DNA of 64,000 bases from NCBI GenBank assembly GCA_013239625.1, contig MU053379.1, forward strand, positions 4,111,229-4,175,228, in the 5' to 3' direction. The position numbers and the translations under genes were made by a program. Source of the DNA: Lama guanicoe (Eukaryota). This document shows, in pieces, positions 51,268 to 61,411 of the stretch (position 1 is the stretch's first letter; every line of letters begins with the position of its first letter). The notes under the pieces are model-generated. The model saw only the letters and a list, made by a program, of their open reading frames with translations, made no database searches and was not told the origin of the DNA.

Positions 51268-54200
51268 ACTTTTCATTGTGAGCTAATTGCAGCTTCCCAT
51301 GCAGTCGTAAGAAGTAACACACAGATTCTCTGCACCTTTCAGCCGAAAGTAGTATCTTGTAAAATTAGAAACTATCGCAACAGGATGTTGACACTGACAG
51401 CGTGGGGACAGAACGCGTTTTCATCACGTCACAAGGATCCCTCCTGCTTCGCTTTATAGCCAAACCGTGTCTTTCCCACTCTCCCCTCTCCTTCACTCTG
51501 GCAACCAAGCATCTGCTCGCCATTTCTGTAATTCTGTCATCTCAGGCACGTTATATACCCGGGACCGCACGGCGTGAAATCTTTGGAGATGGAATTTTTT
51601 TCCCTTCAGTGTGAGTCTCTGGAATTCGCACAGACCATTGCATCTCATCGATAGTTTGTTCCTTTTTATTGCTGAGTAGTATTCCACGGGTCCCATGGTA
51701 CAGATAGACCCCGTTTCATTCGACAGCTCACTTACTGAAGGGCTTCTGGGTTGTTCTGTTCTAGGCTGTTGTAAATAAAACTGTCATAAATATTTGTGCA
51801 GGGATTTCTATGTGAACGTACGTCCCCATTCCTCTGGGATAACTGTCCAGGAGTACAATGCTGAGTCATACGACAGTGATGTGTTTAGCCTTTAAAGAAA
51901 CCACTGAATTGTTTTCCAGAGAGACCCCAGCCTACCGCCTTCCCGCCGGAAACCTGACAGCCGCTCGGCTCCGCGCATCCTGCCAGTCCTGGTGGTGTCA
52001 TTTCTCCATTGTGCTTTGAATTTGCGTTTCTCTCATGGCTCATGATTCCCCTGGTCCTGATTGCAGTCCATGTGCGTGTCTGCAATCTACGCGGCCTCTG
52101 CTGTGAAATGTCTCTTCGTGCCAGTGTTCTAGTAGGATGGCTTGTGTTTACTGCTGAGTTTTCCGAGCTCCTTGCACATTCCATACCCAGTCCTCTGGAC
52201 AGCGGTCTGCAAGCATGTTCTCCCCGTCTGCAGCCCGCTGTGTCGTCCTTTTAACAGGGTCTTTCACAAAGCGAAAGTTTTTAATTTTGACAAAGTCCAG
52301 TTTGAACATCTTTCTTTGTGTGGATCGTGCTTTTAGTCTAAGAAATCGTTGCCTCGTCCTAAATCCCTGAGACTTTCTCCCATGTTTTCTTCTGAACGTT
52401 TTATAGTTTCACATTTTCACTTAAGCCCATAATCCATTTTGAGTTAATTTTTGTCTAAGGTCTGAGCCTCAGGTCAAGGTTCATATCCTGCCGTATGGAT
52501 GTCCAATTACTTTAGTACCATTCGTCGAAATGGCTCTTTCCTCCGTGGAATGACCTTGCAGCTTTGCCAAAAATCCTTGGGGCGGGAGGAGGGTGCAGCT
52601 CAGTGGCAGAGCGCGTGCTTAGTGTGCACGAGGTCCTGGGTTCAATCCCCGGTGCCTCCTCTAAAGATAGATGAACCTAATGACATCTCCCCCAGCCAAA
52701 ATAAAATAATTAAGTAATACCATAATAAATTAATTAAACAAATACATTTTTGAAAACCTCTTTGGAGCATGTTTCTGTGGGTCTACGTGGCTCTTGCCTC
52801 CGTTCTGCGGACTGCAGTGCCCGTCCTCGCCAACCCCACGCCACCGTGGTTACTGCAGCCACAGTAAATCTTGAAGTGGGACGACCCGGTCGCTCCCGCC
52901 TTCTTCCTCCTTTACACCGTCGCTTAAGCTATTTTGATCCCCTCGCCTTTCCGCGTGCATTTTAGATACTGGCTTCTTTACTCACAGTCAGGCCGTGGCC
53001 AGCATGGACGGCCTGTATACGTTTGTTAGATTTGCACCTGAGTGTCTCCCTTTTTCTGTGCAATCGTGAGCAGTGTGGTGTTTTAGTTCTGGTCTCCAGG
53101 AGCTCACTGCTAGTATGTAGACATACAATTAACTTCTGTGCGTTTGTCTCTCATCCTGCAAACTTGCTGAAGGCACTTGTTAGTTCTAGGAGAACCTTCG
53201 TAGATTCCTTGGGATTTTCTAGGGAGGTAATCACATCACCTGCAAATGGAGACAGTTGCATTTCTCTCCTTCTGATCTGTACGCCTTTTATGTGCTTTCC
53301 TAGGCGCCCTGTACGTGCCACGTGCAGCGCTAGGCGAAGGGTGAGCGTGAATGGCCCTGTCTTGCTCCCCGTCTTGGGGGAAAACCTGCTCTTCTACCAC
53401 TAAGCACGTCAGACGGAGATTTCTGCAAATGGTCTTAATCAAATTGAGTGTGTGCTTGGCGATGCCTTTTATTCTGAGACTTTTTGTCGTGAACGGGTGT
53501 TGAATTTTGTCAAGCACATTTTCTGTGTAGATTTATATGATCATGTGATTTTTCTTCGGTGGCCTAGTGATATGGTGAATTACCCTGATTTTCAAGTCTT
53601 GAACCAGCCTCGCATCTCTGGAATAAACTCCCTGTGGTCATGGCGTGGAACTCTTTTTATGTATCGCTGGACTCTGTTTGCTCATATTTTGTTAAGAAGT
53701 TTGTCTATGTTCATGAAGGACACTGGTGTCTAGTTTTCTTTTTGAAATGTCTTTGCCCGGTTTCAGTGTCAGGGTGATAGTAGCTTCGTAAGATGGATCA
53801 GGAAGCAGTTCCTGTCCTCTGCTTCCTGGACGAGAGCATGCAGAACCGGCATTAACTTCTCTTTCCGTGTTGGTCTAACCTAGGGACTTCTTCGGTGGGG
53901 AGTTATTAAACTACAAGTTCAGGTTTTAAACTGAATTTTAAAAGTGCCATCAGTGACCACGGGTCATCTTCTGGTTACAGCGCCGGGTCCCCATCATGCG
54001 TGTACGTCCGTGCGCTGTTTTCATATTTCAAATTCGATTTTCTGCATAGTTCTCGGGCTGTTAAAATGATCTATTTTATGTGAGTGAACCGTAGTTTGTG
54101 CTTTGCAGGACGTTGTCCCCTTCATTCAGTTTGTCACCTCTCCGTGTGCCGGGTCGTCTGCAGGGTCCCGGGTCCTTCTGTGTTCGCCCACGGGCTCCAT

Positions 54201-54870
54201 GCTGCCAGCGTGGGTTCCGTCCCCGGTCTCGGGCGTCTGTGCCTCTCGCTTTTCCCGTCATCAGTGTTGCAAAAGGCTTAGCAGGTCTATTGATCTCTTC
54301 AAAGAACACACTCGTTTTTCATTGATTTCCTCCACTTTCTGTTTTCAGTGTCATTGGTTTCCTGTCTTTTTTATTCCTTTTCTTCCGTTTGCTTTGGACT
54401 TCTTTCCTCTTCTTTCTGTGGATCCTGCAGGCAAACGCTCGTCTCATTGGCTCGGGACTAACTCTTGCCTCAAGTGTACATCTGATGCTATACGTGCCCC
54501 TCGCAGGACGGCTTTGGCTGATACCACGAGCGCGGATGTCTTGAATATTCGTTTGTGTTCAGTTCAGTTTTCTGACCTGGGAATTCCTCGTCCACCCGTG
54601 CATTACTTAGGAGTGTGTTGTTCAGTTTCCAGACATTTGAAGACTTTCCTGCTATCTCTCTGTTATTGGTTTTTACTCTCATTCCGCTGAGTCCAGAGGA
54701 CACACTTTTCAGTTCTTATGCAATTTTTGAGATTTGTTTTATGACACAGAATATTATCAAAATAGATATGTGTCTCGTGAGCAGTTGAAGATCGTGTGCC
54801 TTCTGCCCTCGGTCGAGGGCTCTGTGGACGTCAGAGAGACCCTGTGACTGACAGCGCTGGCCGGCCCGTC
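51268..54870 (-). mobile_element. L1MC-like LINE-1, about 3.6 kb antisense, decayed
   Basis: L1MC-type 3'UTR (catgcagtcgtaagaagtaacaca, cacaaggatccctc, ttcctttttattgctgagtagtattcca) followed by antisense ORF2. Minus ORFs include VEYYSAIKRN and DKIQHPF. Confidence 0.85.
52584..52752 (+). mobile_element. Camelid vic-1-type SINE inserted in the L1MC
   Basis: gggtgcagctcagtggcagagcgcgtgcttagtgtgcacgaggtcctgggttcaatcccc plus AT-rich tail. Degenerate TSD aaaaatccttggggc / aaaacctctttggagc. Confidence 0.85.
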
Positions 54871-54874
54871 TCCT

Positions 54875-55100
54875 TCTCTGGGTCAGTCTAGCTGAAGGCT
54901 TGTTAGCTTTGCTCATCTTCACTAGAACCGACTTTGGATTCTGTTTCTTTTCTCTGTTCCTTCTCTCTTCTCTGTTTCATTTATCTCCACTACAACCTTG
55001 ATTCTTTCCTTCCTTGCGACTGCTGTGGACTTAGTTCGCTACTCTTTGGATCATTGATTTGAGAACTCGCTCCTTTCTTAATAGAGGCAAGCACTGACTA
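54875..55100 (-). mobile_element. Second old L1 ORF2 fragment
   Basis: ggtcagtctagctgaaggcttgt...tcattgatttgaga covers the same L1 region as about 54255-54490. Confidence 0.6.
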
Positions 55101-55530
55101 TTTCCAACTTTTGCCAGACCATTCAAGAGTTCAAGAAAAACTCCAGGGTGATGGACAGATAGGTTCCAGCCTGGAGTCTGAGATTCCATGTCTCCCTTAC
55201 AGCCTGGTTTCTCTAAATCCTCAGGCCAAGAGTGCATTTCAGCTGTGAGGCAGGAAATAAGTCATGGCCAAGCTTTTCTGATAATTGACTCTAAATCTGA
55301 ATAAAATAGAGTGGCCAGAAGGGGACGTTCTGTTTCTGCGTGATCTGCACAGTCACTTCCGAGGTTGGCCTGCTGAACATGGCCTCCCACAAGGATGGTG
55401 ACGTCTCCTGTGGGCAGGGGGCAGCCTACTCGGTCTTGGGGCTCCATCCTCTTCCACATCCTCCATGTCTCTCCTGTCCTTCTCTTTCCAGCACCTACTG
55501 GTCATCCATTATGTCTCTGTTCACACAGAA

Positions 55531-55660
55531 GTTCATTCATTCATGAATTCCCTCACTCGTTCACTGAACCAAACTTCTAAAGCACCTACGACAAGCAGGT
55601 CCTGCTGTGTGAAGACACGCAAAATCCCCTGAGTCTTGACCTTGACATCATCGTCCAGGA
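55531..55660 (-). mobile_element. L2 3' end
   Basis: ttcattcattcat...agcacctacgacaagcagg. Confidence 0.55.
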
Positions 55661-55784
55661 GCGTCCCACATGCCCACCTGTCAGGAGCCAGTCCTGGGCG
55701 CACAGGCCCCCTGCCCTTGACACGTGACTTGCACCTCAGCAGCAGCCCCCATTGCAGGCAAGACGCTAAAAGAGTCTTCGGTTT

Positions 55785-55905
55785 TTAAAAAATGAACCAG
55801 AACACGTCTGTTTAAGTGGATGTAGACTCCTTCAGAATAGTCACTTTGCAAGGATCAACGCTTCCTTTACTGATGCTTAAAACGGTTTAGGAATTTGGAG
55901 TTCAA
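55785..55905. mobile_element. Possible MARNA-like mariner fragment
   Basis: aaatgaaccagaa...cttcagaatagtcactttg...gatgcttaaaac...ggaatt. Confidence 0.35.
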
Positions 55906-56337
55906 GTTCCCCATCAAGCCCCTGCCCTCTCCCCTTGGCCCACCCCAGGGGTCACCTGCCAAACGATCTAAACACACAGGAGGTTTCACCATCGCTCTCC
56001 CTGAAGGAATTCCCCAGAGCCTCTGGGGCAGGCTGGACGCTCGGAGGTGTGACCACCACAGGAGTCGCCACCAGGCAAACGCAGCAGGGATCTGGGACCG
56101 ATACCAGCTTCTGCCCCTTGGAAGGACGCTTCTGCAGCGTGATCTGCACAGTCACTCAGAACTCGCCGGCTGATGTCAATCCTAACTGCTCGCCGTGAGC
56201 GTTTGTCAGTAGCACCCATACAGCTGCACGTGTGCACATGCGTGCATATCGACTACGAGAATTGTCTCAGTGAGCACTCGGGGCTGGGGGCACAGAGCTG
56301 GTGCGGGACCAACTTTTGTCTTGTGGGAAACGACATT

Positions 56338-56515
56338 ACCTGGATTTCAGTCTTCATTCTGCACCTGGCTCTGTGACCTTGGGCAAGTTACTTAACCTCT
56401 CTGTGAAGTGGGGCTGATGACAACACACACCTCCGGCTTTAGTGTGAGGGTCATGGGACCAAACACACGACAGGGGCTTAGAACCCTGGCACAGGGAAGA
56501 CATCTTCTAATGGTG
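56338..56515 (+). mobile_element. MIR SINE
   Basis: Near-consensus core ctgtgaccttgggcaagttacttaacctctctgtg, then gcttagaaccctggcaca. Confidence 0.9.
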
Positions 56516-58269
56516 TCACCACCGTCATCATTGCTCCAACGCATTTTGTTGTTTTTAAATCTGTGCCATATTTACACGTTGCATCTTTCAAAACACACAG
56601 AACTTAAAAACTTGGGGCAGTTTTCAGACAAAAAACATCCAGGAATCATGGTTTTCATTTTGTCTAAGGGTGCCATAGGATGCTGTATATATGCCCTTAA
56701 CTCCATGAAGAATTTAAGAAATGCAACTGTATGTATTTGAGATCATTAAACAACACAAAGGAGAAGCCTTGGGGAATGCACCGAGAGCTGGCTCTTTTCC
56801 TTCAGCCTCCATCAGACTTACATAAGTTTCACTCCATATAATCATTGCTTTCTGGCTTGGCTGCTGGAGGGTCTTGCTTGGCTGCGGTCCCTGTGTCCTA
56901 AGGAATTCAGGCAACAGTGGTCTCAGCTGTCTGCAAGCCTTTGTAGGGGAAAACCAATTCTTTATCAACTGAAAAAAAATGAATCATTCTGTAAAATTAT
57001 TGGCTAACATTGCAGTCACGTGGGTGCTCGTATTGAGGGGGAACCTGTCACCATATCATCTTCATCTGAAAAAACAGTCAAAGTTTAGGAACAACGGGGA
57101 AGTATGTGGAATGCCCGACCCCCCCAGCCAATGCCACCAACAGAGCGCAGCAGCCCCTGCTTGGGGCTGGGCTGGGACGTCACACCCCACGCCCAACCCC
57201 CCGGGCAGCAGCTCTGTCTGGGGGCCACCAACTCGGAACAGCATTCAAGCAGAAAGACCTCACAGGCGTTTTTGTGATTTTTCTCCCTTTTAACCGGGAA
57301 CCCGGCAGAGCGCTGTATTTAAATATCAAACATTGGTTGTCATTTTAGCGGCACTGCTGGTTTGTATGACACGTCTTTCCTAGGCAGCTAATTGCTTGAG
57401 TACCTGCAGGCTGATATACCCTCTGTAGACATCCATGCTGTCCTCTTTTTATAACTTTATTTCATTTTCTGTTCATTTCTGATGTTGACTCAAAGGGCCT
57501 TTATCACCTCGCACTGATAATCAGTGCTTTATGGCCACTGGTGTGATTGGGAGCAGTTGAAGCCGCGTGCAAAAACACACACATATAAATATTTGAACAG
57601 GAAAAAGAAAGTCTGTCTGACGGAGGCCAAGAAGAAGTGTGTTTCAGCGAAGGAAGCCGCTAGGGGGACCTGGACGCTGAGCCAGGACCAGGCAAGGTCG
57701 CCCTGCCCTGTCCCACCTGCCCGCTGCGTACAAGGGCCGCAGCCGACTCCAGGCCCCTGGCACGGGGCCCCAGCCAGGAGCCACGCCGCCGGGCCTGTGA
57801 CGCCATGCTGGTGGCGTCTCCGTAGACGGGGTCACTGAAATCGCTCCCTCTGCGCAGAATGGATCAGCTCTCGCAGGGGGTTAAAGAGCTGAGAGGTTTG
57901 AAGTCACTTATTTACCGGGAGGTGTGCTGGCCACCAAACCTCGTTGCGGGTCCAAAGAACAGGATGCTGCGTGTCTCCCTTTCCCACTCTTGCGCGGGGA
58001 CCCCCCGCTTTTCCCGCAGCTGGGGAGGAGCTGAAGATGAGGGCAGAGCTCACTCGACTAAGAAAGTAAGAGCCAAACTGGAGGCAAACAGCAGCCGGTC
58101 TGGCCGGCATAGCTGGAGCTGTCCCCGGTTGTCCCTGACAGCGGGCGACTCGAACCACCTGTGTTTGCTCACCCGCTCTCCCCGATCTGCGAGAAAATGG
58201 CCCGGCCGGTCACATGGCAGCCAGATAGGCCAGGCACCATGGGGACACAAAAGCGGAGCTTTTAGCAGA

Positions 58270-58420
58270 GTTAATCATTAACGGGCCCCTCTTTGTCCTG
58301 CCGGAGTGCTGACCGCGCTCTGACAGCCTGTGTTTGCCATTGGGCGGCCGAGGCCCCGCCAGGTACTAATGAGTCGCGGCTGCCCTCGCGGTGCCCGCCG
58401 GCCTGAGCCCGCCCCGCCCC
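58270..58420. promoter_or_regulatory. Candidate HNF1-dependent promoter/enhancer
   Basis: GTTAATCATTAAC 58270-58282 (perfect GTTAATNATTAAC), ATTGG 58339, GGGCGG 58342, tandem GC boxes 58407-58420; CpG-rich. Confidence 0.55.
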
Positions 58421-60304
58421 CCACACAGCCCCTGGGCTCGTCCCCGCACACCCCGCGAGGCCTGCGTGCTTCCGCGAGCCAGGCTGGGAGAGGTGTGATC
58501 AGAAAAGCCCATGACCCCCCCGCCCCGTGTGTGATCTTAGCCACAAAGCTAAACTCAGTATGTTTTTTGTTTGTTTCAACGTGGGCCAGGGATGGACTGT
58601 TTCGGTCTAACAGCGAGGGGCATTGGATTCCCACAACTTAGCCTAGAGACCCACTCCTGGGTCGAGTCTGATGTTTCCACCTTGGCAATGAAAATGCAAG
58701 TGTCCCTGACGGCTTTTTTTTTTAATGGAAAATCCCATCTTAGCCGACTTAAAACTAAATAGCTAATGTGTCAGAAAGCTGGAGACAGGGAAAATGCAAG
58801 CCAGGTGACGACCCAGTGTCACCTGTCCCTTCCCCTGAGTCTGTGAAGCTGCCCCCCCCCGCCCCCAGGAACGAGGTGTCTTTTGCCTGCAGCTTGCCGA
58901 AAATGGTCTCTGGGTTTGTGCAGTCACATCGCTGCCAGCCCTCCTGAAAACGTGATATAAACCGTGAATGTTCCATTGTCCTTTATAACAATTGAAAACA
59001 GCAAATGAAAAGTACATCTTTGAAGCCTGGCTTACAAAGGAACAGAGTTGTTTTTTTGTTTTTTTTTAAGTTTGGGGTCATTTCAGAGCAGAGCGTAGGA
59101 ACAGAGCACATTTTCAGTCTTGCTGACGTGATCGGGGACGGAGACGCTGGCAGCACAGATGTCAGCCTCGAGCCCGGGGCAGCCCCACGTGTCCCCGCGT
59201 GTCCCTGCGGCAGTCCGCGTGCCTTTAAAGCTTTTATCCAATCGATCTTTACGACACCCAGGCACAGGGGACCATCGATGACTTTTACTGCTGTCTTTTT
59301 CTCCCTCACAGATGAGGAAGTGAAAGTTGATGGGCTTGGCCTCGTCATCCTGGCAATGCAGCAGCAGACAGGTGATCAGGTGGTTAGACTCCCGGGAGGA
59401 CTAGACTGGGCCACCGCGTCCGAGGACACGTCGCTGCTCGATTTCACACGCTGCATCCGCGCCTGGGGCCTGGCTTTATCCTTAAGGAAACTGCCTGGCC
59501 TCTCTCCAGCTTCCTGGCCACCTACTGTGTGCTCCAGAGCGCTTGGCTTTGGAGGAAGTAAAAATGGAGACAGTAAGGTTCCAGCCGGCAAGAAGAGCCA
59601 CGCACCGCAGATAACCAAGCACCAGAGGCAGGCGTGGGCAGTGTTGAAGTGCCCGGGCCAAAGGCCCACGTCCTTCCACCTGGCTGAGCTTTGCCCCAGA
59701 TCTGAGAACGCCCACCGGCAGGGAAACCGGGCGCTTTCAGAACGCCCGGACGTTAGAATGTGGCAAGCATCCAAGCCAAATAGTGTTATCGGCTTTACCA
59801 TGATGCGCAGGGGCTGTGGCACATCAGCCTTTACTTTTCAAAACGCTCTTCGCACAGGGAGCGTGACCACATCCCACACCCCACGGTGCCCGTCCACCAC
59901 CGGCTCCTGGGCCACGGGCTCGTGTGGGAGGCTGGAGGCGACACCGCTCCCCCAGGTGCAGTGGGTCCAGACACCGTCTCTGGCTCTGGGAGGGGCGAAG
60001 CCGTGGGCCAAGCACGCGTTCCATCAAGTGTAACTCAGCGTGTGCAGGGGGCACACGAGGAAAGTAGTCTGTGACTGTGGAGGCAGAATTCTCTGAATTA
60101 GCGCTGAAGATTTAACCAGAAATTAAATGGCATTTGAGGAAGATGATGGGGATCCAACGATGTCTTGACAACGCTGTACTGATATTAACTGATCCTGACA
60201 TCCTCCTGTAATCGTTAAAGACAGCGGAGTCGAGAGAAAACGGCAGATCCACGCTGTGCGCTGTCTTGTCTCCTGCGAGGAGCGGGTGGGGGGAAGACAA
60301 AGAC

Positions 60305-60790
60305 TTAGTTTACCCCTAGATGCAGCCCCAAAATCAAGAATCTGGGTGCAGATGGTTTATTTGGGATGAGATTCCAGGAAACGGGGGGAGGGGAAGGGAG
60401 GGAGGGGAGGGAGGGCAGCCCATGTAGGGTGGAGGCGGCCGTGTCACTGCTGAGAGGCTGGGGCCTGACCTGCAGGGTGCCCATGGGGGAAGGGAGCCGG
60501 GGCCTTCATTGGCCCCTGGGGGTGCAAGTTCTCTGGCGCTCTCAGCGCCCCACATATGGGGGAACACACTCCTCGGTTCAGCAAACACCCCTGTACAGAC
60601 GAAGCACTGCTATGTAGGGAGTGTCTGCAGGGGACCTCTGCGGGGCCGGGGCTGTGGGCAGGGCACCCCAGGGACCTCTGCAGGGCTAAGGCTGTGGGCA
60701 GAGCAGCTGCAGCTGGGACAGAATTCGCTGAGCAGAAGTAGAGGGAAGAGGAAGGAGGGTGGCAGCTGGGCCCACTGAGATCAGCACAGC
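60305..60790 (-). mobile_element. LTR33-like ERVL LTR
   Basis: caagaatctgggtgcagatggtttatttgggatgagattccaggaa...gggagggcagcccat. Confidence 0.6.
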
Positions 60791-61225
60791 TCACCAGCTG
60801 AGCCCTAGCGATGAAGCCCCTTCAGCTGAGGGTGATGAGTGCTGCGTCTTAGGGGAGCCCCATCCTCTCGGGTGCCCTCTGCTCACGGTGCAAGCAGACT
60901 CGAGCATGGAGAGGCAAATTCCGAACGACCTGGAGGCCACAGCTGCCCGAGGAGTTCACTTTAAAAGCCCAAGGGCCACTCTGGGAGGGTGCCCTGCGAA
61001 GGGTCTGCATGTGCCTCCGGGCACCGTCTGTCTCCCCTTTGGGGCTCACTTCCCAGGGCTTGGGGAGCCCGCTTGGTTGGCTGCGGCCGAACAGGAATGA
61101 AGAGCCAGGAGGTGCAGGAAGCGCAGAGCGTGTTAGGGTCCTGATGCCGCTCTCTCTGCACAAAGTCACTTCTCTCCACTGCATTCAATGATGCCAAGCC
61201 CCTGGCAGCAGCGCACTCCTCACCT

Positions 61226-61411
61226 CAGGGGCTCTCAGAGGCCCGTCCCTGGGCGTCACACCAGCCTCACCGGGGAGCTTGTTAGAAGTGCAGATTCCCA
61301 GACCTGCCCGAGGCCCGCTGGCTCAGCAGCCCTGGCAGGGGGCCCAGGGCATCTGTGCTTTAGCCCACCCGCTGGGAGACTCCGAGGTGGGCGAGAACGT
61401 AAGGTCCACCG
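61226..61411 (+). mobile_element. MER5A hAT-Charlie element
   Basis: cagcctcaccggggagcttgttagaagtgcagattccca...ggggcccagggcatctgtgcttta; about full length. Confidence 0.75.

Noticed and set aside
52590..52660. tRNA-Ala-like sequence (also 39025-39095 on the minus strand)
   Set aside because: Followed by a SINE body, A-rich tail and TSD, so it is a SINE head rather than a tRNA gene.
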